Below are positions 1 to 11,251 of a stretch of 64,000 nt of DNA, piece after piece. Source of the stretch: an uncultured Acidobacteriota bacterium (GTDB taxonomy: Bacteria > Acidobacteriota > Polarisedimenticolia > J045); the NCBI GenBank assembly GCA_963702425.1, contig CAVPCQ010000021.1, positions 64,001-128,000 of the forward strand, read 5' to 3'. Under the pieces are notes generated by a model. That model saw only the letters and a list, made by a program, of their open reading frames with translations, searched no databases and was not told the DNA's origin. Position numbers and translations under genes: made by a program. Position 1 is the first letter of the stretch; every line of letters begins with the position of its first letter.

Positions 1-2621
1 GACGGCCCACGAAGGATTCGACATCAACCCCCAGAACGGCCCCGTCGTTCCCGGACTGCCGAGCAATCAACCCCTGCACCTATCAGAACAGCATCAACGG
101 CGTGTTTCCGCACATCAGGTACGACGTCTGCACCGGCGAGCTCGAAGTCAGCGGGGTCAACGGCTCACTGCCGATCCGGATCGGGAACGGCAGGGCCCAG
201 CTCAACGGGATCAACACGCTGCCGGGAGGGTTCGACAACTCGGCTCGCCTGATCTTCGAAGTCACACGCGAGCCGAGCAACTGGCTTCCGGACGACGTCG
301 CGATCACGACCGTCGAGATCGTCCAGTCGGTGAAGGGCGCGGTTGAAGCCGTCGTCGACAAGCCCACGTCGCTGCTCGTCACGATCTCCAACACGCATCC
401 CTTCGACCTGACCGCACCGGTCACGGGAACGCTCACCGACGGGACTCACGACCGTCGCTGACTCGAAGCTGATCTTCATCGAGCGCGGAACACCCGAGCG
501 GCCGAGCGAAACGCTCGTCGCGCTGTTCGACGGGGCGAACGCGCCGCCGTTCCGCCCGCAGAAACTCGCGGCCTTCGGGAACGGCAAGGTGAGCGGATCG
601 GCGCAGGTCGTCTACCAGGAGTCGCTCTCCCCGAACGCGCCGCCGCAGCTCATGGACTGCGCCAACATCAACAACATCGGCGACGCGACGGAGCTTCCGC
701 TCAAGAAGACGACCGACCGGTACACGCTCTTCATCCGATACGATTACGAAGAGGACAAGAACGTCATCACGTTCCCGCAGCTGCAGGCGATGCAGTCGCG
801 CGAGGACGCGCTCCGTCTCGCCTCGTGGCCGCTCGCGGCGCTCGACTCCCACATCTCGTCGACGATGCTGTTCCACGACCACGGCAGCTGGTTTCCGTTC
901 TTCGAGCCGTTCACCTCGGTCCTGGGGCTGAGCATCGGCGCTCAGCTCGGCGGCATCGACCGGATGGTGCTCTCGGTCCGCAACAACTGGTTTGCCGAGA
1001 ACCTGTTCCGCCACCAGTTCATCGCGAACGGCACGATCGGCTATTCGCTCGGTTGGTTCGCGCCGCACGCGGTTCTCGCCGAGGACGGCTACTTCGGCGT
1101 CGCGGTCCACGAACTCGGGACACACGTACGACCTGAGCCAGCACGCCTGCAACACGGGCGGGTACGACGAGTACGCGATGACCGCGCGAGTGCGGCGCGC
1201 CGTTCACCGGGGAGGGGTTCGACCCGGCGGGCACGCTGTTCCCGACGGGCTACTTCTCATCGCGCGCGGGACTGCGTTGCCCGGAGCGCGAGCCGATCCC
1301 GGGGGAGGTCTGCGCAGCCGAACATCATGGATGCGAACTCCCCGGTCCGGTACGACAACTGGATCGACCCGTTCACGTACCACTACCTGATGGACAAGGC
1401 GCTCCCACACGTCGATCCGCCGCTGCTCGCGCTCGCAGCCGTCGTCCACCTGCCGAACGGTCCGGGGGACGGCTCGGCACCGCCCGTGATCGAAGGCTCC
1501 CTGCCTCTGTCCGCGTACCAGTTCATGGGCAACCAGGACCTCGAGATGGCGCCGCTGTCGTTCGACGGCGAGACGTTCCTCGGGGTGGGGCCGTACCGGG
1601 TCCGGTTCGTCACGCCGACCGGCGTCCGCGAGTACCGCGTCGAGCCGCACATGATCGACAGCGCGAGTTCACCGGAGCAGATCGGCGCGATCGCGCTCAA
1701 CTTCCCCTGGGACCCGGCGACGGTCCGCATCGAGCTGCTCGGGCCGGTCGACCTGCGCAATGACGGCTGCTGGAACCGCTACTGCCCCGGCGACAGCGTT
1801 CTCCTCGCGTCGCGCCTCGTGTCGCCGGCCGCGCCGTCGGCGAGCGACCTGCGCGCGGGACGCGACGCCGCGGCTCCTCCGACGCCGCCGGGCAGCACGC
1901 CGGCGACGCCGACGGTCGGTCCGAACCACGAGGCGGTCGTGTCATGGACCGCGAGCGACGCCGATTCGCCCGAACTGCGCGCGACCCTGCTCCTCGCGCC
2001 GCAGGACGCCGCCGGCGGCACGGGCGGCCCGTCGACGCCCGTCGGCATCGAACTCACGGGAAGCAGCTTCCGGATCCCGCACACCCTCCTGGCGGACGCG
2101 CCGGGGCTCTACACCGGGCGCGTACTCGTGTCGGACGGCGTGAACACCGCCGAGGTCTCTCGCGGGCAGCTGTTCAGCATCTGCAACCTGCAGAACGGCG
2201 GTCTCGAGCTGTGCAACGGCGTCGACGACGACTGCGACGGCCTCACCGACAATACCCCGCCGGGACCGGTCGAAAGCGTGATGCTCAATCCGCAGCCGTA
2301 TCCACCGACTCCGGCCGGCACTCGAGCGGCTCACGTGGGCGCAGCGGTCTCGCCGCGCAGACGTTCGACATCGTCTTCGGTGACGCCGTCGCCCTGCGCG
2401 ACTCGGTCGGCGACTTCTCCCGCGCGACGCTCGGCTGCCTCGCGAACGACATCACCTCCGATTCGTTCGGGCCGCTGCCCACGCCGGAGGCGGGCGGTGC
2501 GTTCTGGTTCGACGTGCGCGCCAGCAACTGCGCCGGCCCCGGAAGCTACGACCCCGGCGATCCGGGCCAGCGCGGGACGCGGGACGCGGGGATCGCCGCG
2601 TCGGACCGCGGGTGCCCGTGA
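1..2621 (+). CDS. Large secreted zinc metallopeptidase-like protein with CNGVDDDCDG motif and conserved C-terminal domain (5'-partial, several frameshifts)
   Basis: Pieces in ORFs 102..461, 589..3114, 992..1390 and 1944..2621 join into one protein. Removing one G near 1118 gives HELGHTYDLSQH, followed later by a Met-turn-like NIMD. Ends ...FWFDVRASNCAGPGSYD...RDAGIAASDRGCP-stop at 2621. Confidence 0.7.
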
Positions 2622-2718
2622 AACGCGCCACAGTCCCCGGCGCCGCCTGCTGCCGCGCCGGCTCGCGGATCGCACACGGCGCGGAGGCCTGCCGGCCTCC
2701 GCGCTCTCGTCACTCCGC

Positions 2719-3404
2719 TCACCAGCGCGCGAACGCGAGCAGGTCCAGGCTGGCCGCGCAGGCGTAGTGCAGCAGCACGCCCGGCAGGATGCTCCCGGAC
2801 CGCAGCGCGAGCAGCCCCAGCCCGAGCCCGAAGCCGTAGGCGAGGAACGCCTCGGGCGCCGGCTTCCCCGCGTGCATCACCGCGAACGGGATCGCCTGGA
2901 CCGCGAGCGCTGCGTTGCCGAGCGCGGGCCGGAGCCCGAAGAGCAGGTAGCCGCGGCACAGGAACTCGACCGCGAACAGGGCGAACCAGCGAGGCGGCCT
3001 GTACGACCAGGATCTGCTGCCAGGTCATGCGGCCGAAGCCCGTCGCTGGCATACACCCGGCGGAACCCTGGCTGGCGCGACCAGGCGAGCAGCAGGGGCA
3101 GCAGCAGCAGGTAGCAGAGCGCGACGTCGAGCAGCCAGCGGCGCGGCCGGCCGAGGCGCAAGCCGACGTCCGCAGGGCTGCGGCGCAGCAGCGGCAGGCT
3201 GGCCAGCGGAAGCGCCAGGAAGACCGCGCCCCTGCCGAGGGTCGCGCTGACGCCCTGCCAGGCCGGTCCGAGGGCGCCAACGCGCAGGGGAACATACACG
3301 GGCACCAGGAGGGCCGTGCAGGCGACGAAGCAGATCGCCAGCACCTCCCCCTGTCCGCCGAGCAGCCGTCTCAGCTCCTCGCGCAGCTCTCGCAGGTAGG
3401 GCAT
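2719..3404 (-). CDS. CPBP family (CAAX/Abi) intramembrane glutamic endopeptidase, frameshifted
   Basis: Hydrophobic protein MPYLRELREE... with EFLCRGYLLFGL, FAVMHAGKP and SGSILPGVLLHY motifs after frame correction. TGA at 2719-2721. Confidence 0.8.
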
Positions 3405-3430
3405 CGCGCGCGAGCGGGGGACGCGCCGGG

Positions 3431-4243
3431 TCAGAACCGCGTCAGGTTGTACGCGATCCCGGCCTCGTGGAACTTGACGTGGTAGTTCGAAACCAGCGAG
3501 CCGTAGGTGAACGTCACCTCGGCCTCGGGCCCGTTCTCCGCGACCCAGTGTCTGGAGCCACGCGACTGGTGCCGGCCGTTGGGCGTCATCGGCAGGACGA
3601 GCTCCAGCTTGTCGGTGATGAAGAAGTTGTAGTGGCCGTAGATCGGCGCCGGCTGGCCGTTCAGCAGGACCGACGCCGTCGCGCTGTCGACGGGGACCAG
3701 GTAGGCCGTCTTCCCGCGCCAGGTCGTGGTCGCGAGGTCGGCGAACTCGGCCATCGCGCTTTGCTTGTCGCGCCAGCCCGCGTCGCCGCACTCGCCGTAC
3801 CGGGTGTCGTACGAGACCAGGTCGGAGAGCGACCGGGCGCCGGAGCAGGCGTAGTCGCAACCGGCCGTCGAACGATGTCGTCGATCGCGTCGTTGGCCGG
3901 GATTCCACGACGCGAGTGATAGTGCAGCCGTCGTAGCGCCAGTCGCAGTAGGTCTGGTCCAGGAAGATCACCGATGAGGTCGGGATCGTAGTTGTTGAAG
4001 GAGTAGAGCATCTGGTCGCCGTACTGGTTCTGGTAGACCATCGAGAACAGCTCGTCGGAGCCGTCGTCCCAGAGCGTCCCGACGGGCATGAAATGGCTCG
4101 GCAGAGTAGGCGTTGTGCCCGGTGCGGATCACGCCGCTGGAGCTGCCGCGATCGTCGGTGATGACGGGGTAGTCGCTGATGGCGCAGCCCAGCGAGACGA
4201 GCAGCAGGGGCAGCGCAACACACTTCAACGACGTGGAAGCCAT
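3431..4243 (-). CDS. Hypothetical lipoprotein, frameshifted
   Basis: Lipobox LLLVSLG-C at the N-terminus. ORFs 3968..4243, 3661..4089 and 3431..3754 are consecutive pieces with coding-like composition. Confidence 0.65.
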
Positions 4244-4393
4244 CGTCCCCTCCCCGCGCCGGCTGCCCCGTCGGCTCTCCGCCGGCGGGTGCGCCGGCGT
4301 CCACAGGGTCGTCTTCTAGACCCGTGGGGCGGGGCCTGTCAACGGGCACGGCGGTGGCGGGGTCGGCGGCCGTGCGGGGCGACCCGCCCCGCC

Positions 4394-5266
4394 TCAGCGC
4401 CCCCGCCCCACCGGCACCTCGCCCAGCAGCCGCCCGACGACCGTCAGGTCCTCCTCGCCGAGCCCGTTCGCGACCGCGAGGCCGTACAGCTCCTTGACCG
4501 CCGCGGCGGTCGGGACCGGCACGCCGACCGCGAACGCGAGCTGCTCGAGGTAGTGCAGGTCCTTGTGAATCGCCGCCGCGCTGAACCGCGGCGTGGTGTC
4601 CTGCGCGAGCAGCGCCGCCTTCTTCGCGGCCAGCACGGCCGAGCGGCCGGCCGCCTCCTCGAGGATCTCCAGCACCTGCTCGCGCGGCAGCCCGGCCCGC
4701 GTCCCGACCGCCAGCGCCTCGCACAGCGCCGCGACCAGCGCGCCCAGCACCAGGTTGTTGACGAGCTTCATCCGCGTCGCGAGCGTCGGGGCGCCCAGGA
4801 AGAAGATCCGGTCACCGAGCAGGTCGAGCACTTCCTTCGCCTCGTCGAAGGCGTCGCGGGGGCCGCTGACCACGATCTTGAGCGTGCCCTCGGCGGCCGG
4901 CCCCACGCTGCCCATGACCGGCGCCTCGAGGTAGAACGCTCCGCGCGAGGCCAGGAGCTTGCCGAACCGCTCGGCCGCCTCGACGCTGTTGGTCGTCGTG
5001 TCGATGACGATCTTCCCCTCGCAGTCGCCCGTCAGCAGCCCGCCCTCGCCGAGCAGGACCTGCTCGACGGCGCGGCTGTCGAACAGGCTGAGCACGGCGA
5101 TCGGGACGTCGCGGATCAGTCCCGCGGGGCTGTCGGCGATCGTGGCGGAGAGGTCGAGGGCCTTCTCCTCGGTGCGGTTCCAGACGACGAGTTCGACGCC
5201 CGACGAGGTGAGGCGCTGCGTCATGGCACGGCCCATGCGGCCGAGCCCGATCAGTCCCAGGTTCAT
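4394..5266 (-). CDS. NAD(P)-dependent oxidoreductase, 3-hydroxyisobutyrate/6-phosphogluconate dehydrogenase family
   Basis: Rossmann motif GLIGLGRMG, EAPVMGS, catalytic MKLVNN and KDL motif. Confidence 0.9.
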   Translation of the reverse strand: MNLGLIGLGRMGRAMTQRLTSSGVELVVWNRTEEKALDLSATIADSPAGLIRDVPIAVLSLFDSRAVEQVLLGEGGLLTGDCEGKIVIDTTTNSVEAAERFGKLLASRGAFYLEAPVMGSVGPAAEGTLKIVVSGPRDAFDEAKEVLDLLGDRIFFLGAPTLATRMKLVNNLVLGALVAALCEALAVGTRAGLPREQVLEILEEAAGRSAVLAAKKAALLAQDTTPRFSAAAIHKDLHYLEQLAFAVGVPVPTAAAVKELYGLAVANGLGEEDLTVVGRLLGEVPVGRGR

Positions 5267-5382
5267 GGTGTGTCTCCCGGAGGGTTGGAGATTCTTCAAC
5301 CTGCCGGGCCGGCGCGCAAAGAAAACGGGCGGTATGTCGAGGTTCGCACGAACTTACCGGTGTTCTAGGCGGCAGAACGCCT

Positions 5383-5457
5383 GGAGGGGCTGCCCTCTGT
5401 GGCGGCCCGAACGCGGGATTCCGTTCTGTTGGGGCCGGCACGGAGGCCGGCCCCAAC
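5383..5457. repeat. Degenerate REP doublet; second half forms a strong hairpin downstream of asnA
   Basis: GGAGGGGCTGCCCTCTGTGGCGGCCC ... GGGCCGGCACGGAGGCCGGCCCCAAC resembles the copies at 37159, 39313 and 55553. TGTTGGGGCCGGC/GCCGGCCCCAACA is a perfect stem. Confidence 0.6.
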
Positions 5458-5478
5458 AGGGTCCGTGGAGCGGCGATA

Positions 5479-6604
5479 TCACAGCACGTGGATGTTCTTC
5501 TTCTCGCAGATGTCCTTGAGCTGCTTCGGCCAGACCGTGACGCTCACCTCGCCCAGGTGCGCCTTGTTGAGCAGCAGCATCGTGGTCCGCGACTGGCCGA
5601 TCCCGCCGCCGATCGAGAGCGGGATCTGGTCGTTCGTGATCGCCTGGTGGTAGGGCAGGTCGAGGAAGTGCATCTGCCCCGACGCCTTGAGCTGCTGGAC
5701 CAGCGAGTCCTTGGTCACGCGGATCCCCATCGACGACAGCTCGTGGCGCCGCTTGGTGATCGGGTTCCAGACCAGGATGTCGCCGTTCAGCCCGTGCATC
5801 TGCTTGCCGTTCTTGACGACCGACGGCGTGATCCAGTCGTCGTAGTCCGCGGCGCGCATCTCGTGCGGGTAGCCGTCGTCCAGCACGTACCCGATGCCGA
5901 CGATGAAGACCGCGGGGAACTTCTGCAGGATCTGCGTCTCGCGCTGCTTGCGCGGCAGGTCCGGGAACATCTGCAGGATCTCCTCGGCGTGCAGGAAGGT
6001 CAGCTCGTCGGGGAGTTCCGGGTAGCGCGGGTCCTTGAGCTTGGGGAACATGTCGTGGATGAAGACCTCGGCCCCCTTGATCACCTTCCAGATCCGCTTG
6101 ACGGTGTCCTTGAGGTAGTCGAGGTTGCGGTCGACGAGCGGTGATCCGCTTCTCCCAGTCCCACTGGTCGACGTACGCGCTGTGGTCGTGGTCCAGGAAG
6201 TAGTCCTTGCGGACCGCGCGCATGTCGGTGTTGATCCCCTCGCCGACGTCGCAGCCGAACTGCTTGAGCGCGATCCGCTTCCACTTGGTCGCCGCCTGGA
6301 CGACCTGGCACTCCATGCGCTTTTCCAGCCCCAGCCCGCACGGGAACTCGATCGGCGTGCGCGAGCCGTCGCGGTCGAGGTAGTCGTTGACGCCGCTCTC
6401 CTTGGTCACGATCAGCGGCACCTCGACCGTGAAGAGGTTCAGCTCCCGGTTGAGGCCGTCCTCGATGTAGCGCTTCAGGTGAAACAGCGCGAGCTGCGTC
6501 TCCTTCGGCGTCAGGGACGAGCGGTAGTCGGTCGGGAGGATCTGATCGACCGCTTCGTACGTGGAAATGCCGGGCCCAGCGAGATCAGCCGTCTTGTCCG
6601 CCAT
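5479..6604 (-). CDS. asnA: Aspartate--ammonia ligase (asparagine synthetase A), one frameshift near 6138
   Basis: QVVQAATKWKR, HSAYVDQWDWEK, RAADYDDW, LNGDIL, ELSSMGIRV, SIGGGIGQSR and HLGEVSVTVWP motifs. Confidence 0.93.
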
Positions 6605-6703
6605 ACATGAACTCCTCGGAGGTGGTGGGAGCAGGGCAGGGAACCCGCGCGGTCGCGCGCCGCACGGGGCGCACGGGTGCCGCTCGGGGGTGGGGGACGT
6701 CGG

Positions 6704-6733
6704 ATTGTCCGCCCGGTACGCCGCGAAAGTCAA
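6704..6733 (-). promoter_or_regulatory. Putative sigma70 promoter of asnA
   Basis: TTGACT-N18-GACAAT on the minus strand about 100 nt upstream of the start. Confidence 0.4.
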
Positions 6734-6887
6734 CGGTAAGTCAGCGCCGCTCCGGGGGATGGCAGCGCCGTGGGGAACGGGGCAAGATGCGCTCCGGGAG
6801 GGAGCGTCGTGCGCCGGGCGCGCGCCGCGCCAAGCCCCTGACCCCTCGGTCCTTGGACGCCGCCCCGCGCGGCCACGGTGCCCGCTG

Positions 6888-8307
6888 ATGCGACCCCGCT
6901 TCCCGTTCGCGTATCCGTCGCCCGGAGAGGGCCCCTCCCTCCCCGCCCCGGTCCTGGCGCGCTCCCTCGGCAAGCCGGCCGCCGAGTGGACCGCCGACGA
7001 CCTGGTCGGACTGGTCCGGGACGAGGGGATCCGGATCGTCAGCCTGATGCACGTCGGCGGCGACGGCTGGCTCAAGACGCTCGACTTCACGCCGCTCAGC
7101 GAGTCCCACCTGCGCGACGTGCTGGAGGGGGGCGAGCGGGCCGACGGCTCGTCGATCTTCCCCGGCTTCGGGATCGAGCGCGGGGCCTCGGACATCGCGC
7201 TGCGGCCGCGGATCGCGACCGCTTTCCTGGACCCCTTCGCGCCGCAGCCGACGCTGGCGCTGCTGGCCGGGACACTACGGGCGCGACGGCCGGCCGCTGC
7301 CCCAATCCCCGGACGCGATCCTGCGCGCCGCGTACCAGCGGCTGGCGCGCGAGGCGGGGGTCGACCTCTGGGCGCTGGGCGAGGTCGAGTACTTCCTCGG
7401 CAAGCGCAGCGAGGAGAGCGACATCTACGGCGCCGACGATCGCGGCTACCACGCCGCCTCGCCGTTCGTCTTCGGCGAGGCGCTGCGGCGCGAGGCGCTG
7501 GCGACGCTCGCCGGGATGGGCGTGCCGATCAAGTACGGCCACGCCGAGGTGGGCTACATCGAGGCCTCAGAGGTCGACGACACGATCTGGGAGCAGCACG
7601 AGATCGAACTGGCGCTGACGCCGCTGCCGGAGGCCGCGGACGCGGTCGCGCTCACGCAGTGGGTGCTGCGCAACCTGGCCCACGAGAGCGACATGCGCTG
7701 CAGCTTCCAGCCGATCATGCGCAAGGGGCACGCCGGGTCGGGGCTGCACTTCCACTTCTCGCCGCGCGTCGGCGGCGTGCACGCCGGCGGCCGCGGCGCG
7801 GACGGCGAGCTGACCGAGTCCAGCCGCTGGCTGATCGCCGGCCTCGTCCAGTGCGGCGGGGCGCTGATGGCGTTCGGCAACCGCGTCGAAGGCTCGTTCG
7901 TGCGCCTCACGCAGGGCAAGGAAGCACCGACGTCGGTGACCTGGGGCGAGTTCGACCGCCAGGCCCTGGTCCGGCTACCGGTCGTCCCGACGGCGGCCGA
8001 CGGCCGGAAGGTGAGCCCGCCGACGATCGAGTTCCGCCTCCCCGACGGGTCGGCTCACCCGCACCTGCTGCTGGCCGGCGTTGCGCAGGCGACGCTGCTC
8101 GGCCGCGCCACGCCCGGGCTCGACGAGCTGCTGGAGCGGACGTCGGCACGCGCGCGGCGCGAGGGGCGCGGCGCGGCAGCGGAGTTCCCGAAGAGCGCCG
8201 CGCAGGTCGGGAAGGCGCTCGTCGAGCACCGCGCCGCGCTCGAAGCCGGTGCTGTCTTCCCCTCCCCGATGCTCGACGGGTTCGTGGCGCAGCTGGCGAA
8301 GGGCTAG
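6888..8307 (+). CDS. Glutamine synthetase family protein, one frameshift near 7270
   Basis: ADGSSIF, GEVEYF, KYGHAEVG, EQHEIE, HAGSGLHFH and TIEFRLPD motifs. Confidence 0.88.
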
Positions 8308-9106
8308 ACCCGCCGCAGCACGACCTGCCACCAGCGCACCCGCACCGTCTCGTCGGGCGCCACCGCCGCCGTCGCCGCGCGAACCCACGCCGCCCGGTCC
8401 GTGCCCGAAACCGCCGGATACATCCGGCCTCCGATCGCCGGCACCGCGAGCAGATCCGCGAGTTCCTGCTGCGCGGCCGCCACCTCGATCCACTCCTCGT
8501 GGATCGGTTCGAGCCCCGCCTCGCGCGCGGCGCGCAGGACCTCGGCGCGCGCGCGCACCGGCCCGCCAGGCTCGGGCGGCGTGCCGAAGCGGGCCAGCCC
8601 CTCGCGCGCCAGCGCCAGTTGGAGCGGCGCCGGAGGCAGGTCGGCCTCGCCCGCGAGCTGAGCAGCCGGGGCGTTGAAAGCGAAGCGCCCACCCGGCACC
8701 AGCACCCGCGCCAGCTCCGCGAACGCCGGACCGAGCGCCGGGAAATGCCACATCGCGGCGCTGCAGGTGCCGCCACGGATGGCCTCGGCAGCGAGCGGCA
8801 GCGCCGCCGGGTCGGCGCGCACGAACGAGGCCTCGGAGAAGGGCAGCGCGCGGCGCGCGACCTCGAGCATCGCGCGCGAACGGTCGGCGCCGACGATCGC
8901 CGCCGCCGGCCCGAGCCGGGCGAAAAGGCGCTCGGCAACGATCCCACTGCCGGTCGCGAGGTCGAGCCAGAGGCCGCCTCCTTCCGGCGCGAGCGCGTCC
9001 ACCAGCCTCGCGGCGAGCGCGCGGTACAGCTCCCCTCGTGCACCGCCTCGGCGTAGGCCTCGGCCCCGGAGGGATCCTCCCAGCTGTCGGGCCCGGCGGC
9101 GTTCAC
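8304..9106 (-). CDS. Class I SAM-dependent methyltransferase, frameshift near 9033
   Basis: WLDLATGSG, VGADRSRAML and RVLVPGGRF motifs. GTG start overlaps the stop of the upstream M28 gene (GTGA). Confidence 0.85.
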
Positions 9107-10278
9107 GACCGCAGCGCTCCGCGGACGAGACGCTCCAGCGCGTCGGCGGCGAGCGCCAGGGCGCCGGGATCGAGATTCTCGGCGCGGTCGCGCGCGGTGT
9201 GAATCGCGCGCACCGCCCGCGAGAACGAGCCGGTCATCAGCGTCACCACGGGAAGTCCGGCCCGCGCGAGCGGCCAGGCATCGGACATCGCGGCCGGGAG
9301 TGCGCCGATCCGCCGGCCGCGCGCGCCGGCCGCACCGACCGCCTCGAGCACCAGCGCTGCGGCGCCGCGCGGCCCCTGGACACCGAGGCTCCCGGGCGCG
9401 CCGAGCGCCTCGAGGTTGATCACCAGCGCGGTCCCCTTGCACCACGCCTCGCCCCGCTCGCGCACCAGGTGCCGCGCGCCGGCCATCAACAGTTCCTCGG
9501 CGCCGGTGAAAACGACGACCAGCTCGCCGCCCGGCTCCGGCGCCCGCGTGACGCGACGCGCCACCTCGAGCGCGACCGCCAGCGACCCCGCGTTGTCGAG
9601 ACCGCCGGGTGAGCGATTCCCGACCCCGTTGAGCCCGAAGGCCGCGGCCGCCACGCCGCCCGCCGCGATCGTCGCGGTGAGCGCGACGGACACGCCGCCG
9701 GCCGGGCCGCCAGCCGGGCCGACCCCGGCGGCGCGCAGCAACGCCTCGGCCGCGAACGCCGCGATTCCCGCGAGCGTGACGGCCAGCAGCAGCGCCCGCC
9801 CGCCGAAGCCGATCGTCTGCGACTTGCTGTCGTGGTGCGCGACGACGACGACGCGCCGTCCGCCGCTCTCCCCCGCGAAGCCGAGGAGGTTCGTGGTGGC
9901 GATCTCTCCCTTCCCGGCGATGAAGAACCCCTCGTCCCAGGCCAGCGCGACCACGACCGCGGCGGTCCCGCAGATCAGCAGCAGCAGGCGCGTCACGTAC
10001 TGGCCGGCGCTGGTCTCGCCCCCGATGCCGAGCACGTGCAGCACGAGCGTCGCGGCGATCACCAGGAAGCCGAGCCGGAAGCGGGCCAGCGGCCGGCGCG
10101 GGTTGCAACTGAACGGCGACTCGCGCACCACGAGCCCGGCCTCGCGCAGCGCGCCGGTCAGCAGCTCCCGCACCCGCGCGTCGCCTTCCGAGCCGGCGAT
10201 GCGCGGGAACGCGAGGCGCTGCGCGTCGGCCGCCAGGCGCGCGCCTGAGGCCGCACGATCCGCTGGGGACTCTGCCAC
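9103..10278 (-). CDS. Membrane-anchored M28 family metallopeptidase
   Basis: AHHDSK, GGLDNAG, TGAEELLMAG, NLEALG and IHTARD metal-ligand motifs, plus several TM segments. Confidence 0.85.
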   Translation of the reverse strand: MAESPADRAASGARLAADAQRLAFPRIAGSEGDARVRELLTGALREAGLVVRESPFSCNPRRPLARFRLGFLVIAATLVLHVLGIGGETSAGQYVTRLLLLICGTAAVVVALAWDEGFFIAGKGEIATTNLLGFAGESGGRRVVVVAHHDSKSQTIGFGGRALLLAVTLAGIAAFAAEALLRAAGVGPAGGPAGGVSVALTATIAAGGVAAAAFGLNGVGNRSPGGLDNAGSLAVALEVARRVTRAPEPGGELVVVFTGAEELLMAGARHLVRERGEAWCKGTALVINLEALGAPGSLGVQGPRGAAALVLEAVGAAGARGRRIGALPAAMSDAWPLARAGLPVVTLMTGSFSRAVRAIHTARDRAENLDPGALALAADALERLVRGALRS

Positions 10279-10336
10279 GAGCGGAGTCTAGCGTGACGCG
10301 GGGGCGCCGCCTATCTTCCCTCCGGGGAGCACCGCG

Positions 10337-11224
10337 GTGGACCAACCGATCCTGCTCATGCCCGACGCGGCACCGGCCGCCGGCTCCGCGCTTCGCGATC
10401 GCCTGGAGCGGGAGCTGAGCGAAGGGCGCCTCTCGCTGCCGGTGATGCCGGAGGTGGCCGTGCGGGTCCGCCGCGACGCCGCGGACCCACGGACCGGAGC
10501 GAGCGCGATCGCCGCGGTCGTCTCCACCGATCCCGGCCTCTCGGCGCGCATCCTGCGACTCTCCAACTCCGCGCTCTACGGCGGGCTCTCTCCGGTGCGC
10601 GACCTGGCGCAGTCGATCGCACGGCTCGGCCCGCGGATGGTCCTGACCGTGGTGCTGGCGGCGGCGCGGCGCGACGCGTTCCGCTCCGACGATCCGGGCC
10701 TTGACGCGCTGCTGGAGGACGCCTGGATGGCGGCACTCCACGGCGCGGCCGCCGGCCGGCTGCTGGCGCCGCGGCTCGCGCTCGACGCGGAAGAAGGGTT
10801 CCTCGCGGGCCTGCTGCTCCCCTCCGGGATCCCCGTCCTGGCGGAATGCGTGTCGCGCCTCGCGCGCGAAGGTGCGATCGGCCGGCCCTCCGCGGCGGCG
10901 CTGCGCGAGGCCCTGCACGCGCTCTCGCCGGCTGCCGGGGCCGCCCTGCTGGCGCGCTGGGAGATGCCACCCGTCGTGCGCGACGCGACGGCGTATCAGT
11001 TGACTCCTGACGCAGCGCCGGTCCCTGCGCGACCGGCCGCCTGGCTCGGTGCGGCGCTCGCGGCTGCGGGTCCCGGCCTGGCCGCCGGAGAGCCGCTCGA
11101 TACCCTAGCCGCGTGGGTCGCAGGCGCGCTGCGAGACGGGCCGGTGCGGTGGAGTGACGACGAGCTGAGCGCGCTCCTCGAGCGCGCCGCGGACGACGCG
11201 CGCACGCTCGTTGCCTGCTTGTAG
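10337..11224 (+). CDS. Stand-alone HDOD domain protein
   Basis: LPVMPEVA, DPGLSARILRLSNSALY, AEEGFLAGLL and LLARWEMP motifs. Confidence 0.88.
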   Translation: MDQPILLMPDAAPAAGSALRDRLERELSEGRLSLPVMPEVAVRVRRDAADPRTGASAIAAVVSTDPGLSARILRLSNSALYGGLSPVRDLAQSIARLGPRMVLTVVLAAARRDAFRSDDPGLDALLEDAWMAALHGAAAGRLLAPRLALDAEEGFLAGLLLPSGIPVLAECVSRLAREGAIGRPSAAALREALHALSPAAGAALLARWEMPPVVRDATAYQLTPDAAPVPARPAAWLGAALAAAGPGLAAGEPLDTLAAWVAGALRDGPVRWSDDELSALLERAADDARTLVACL

Positions 11225-11251
11225 GTCCCCCGGCCGGACGGGCCGCCTGTC

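Noticed and set aside
6120-7290. Programmed frameshifting in asnA or the GS gene
   Set aside because: No slippery heptamer or stimulatory structure is evident, and the same indel pattern affects many unrelated genes.
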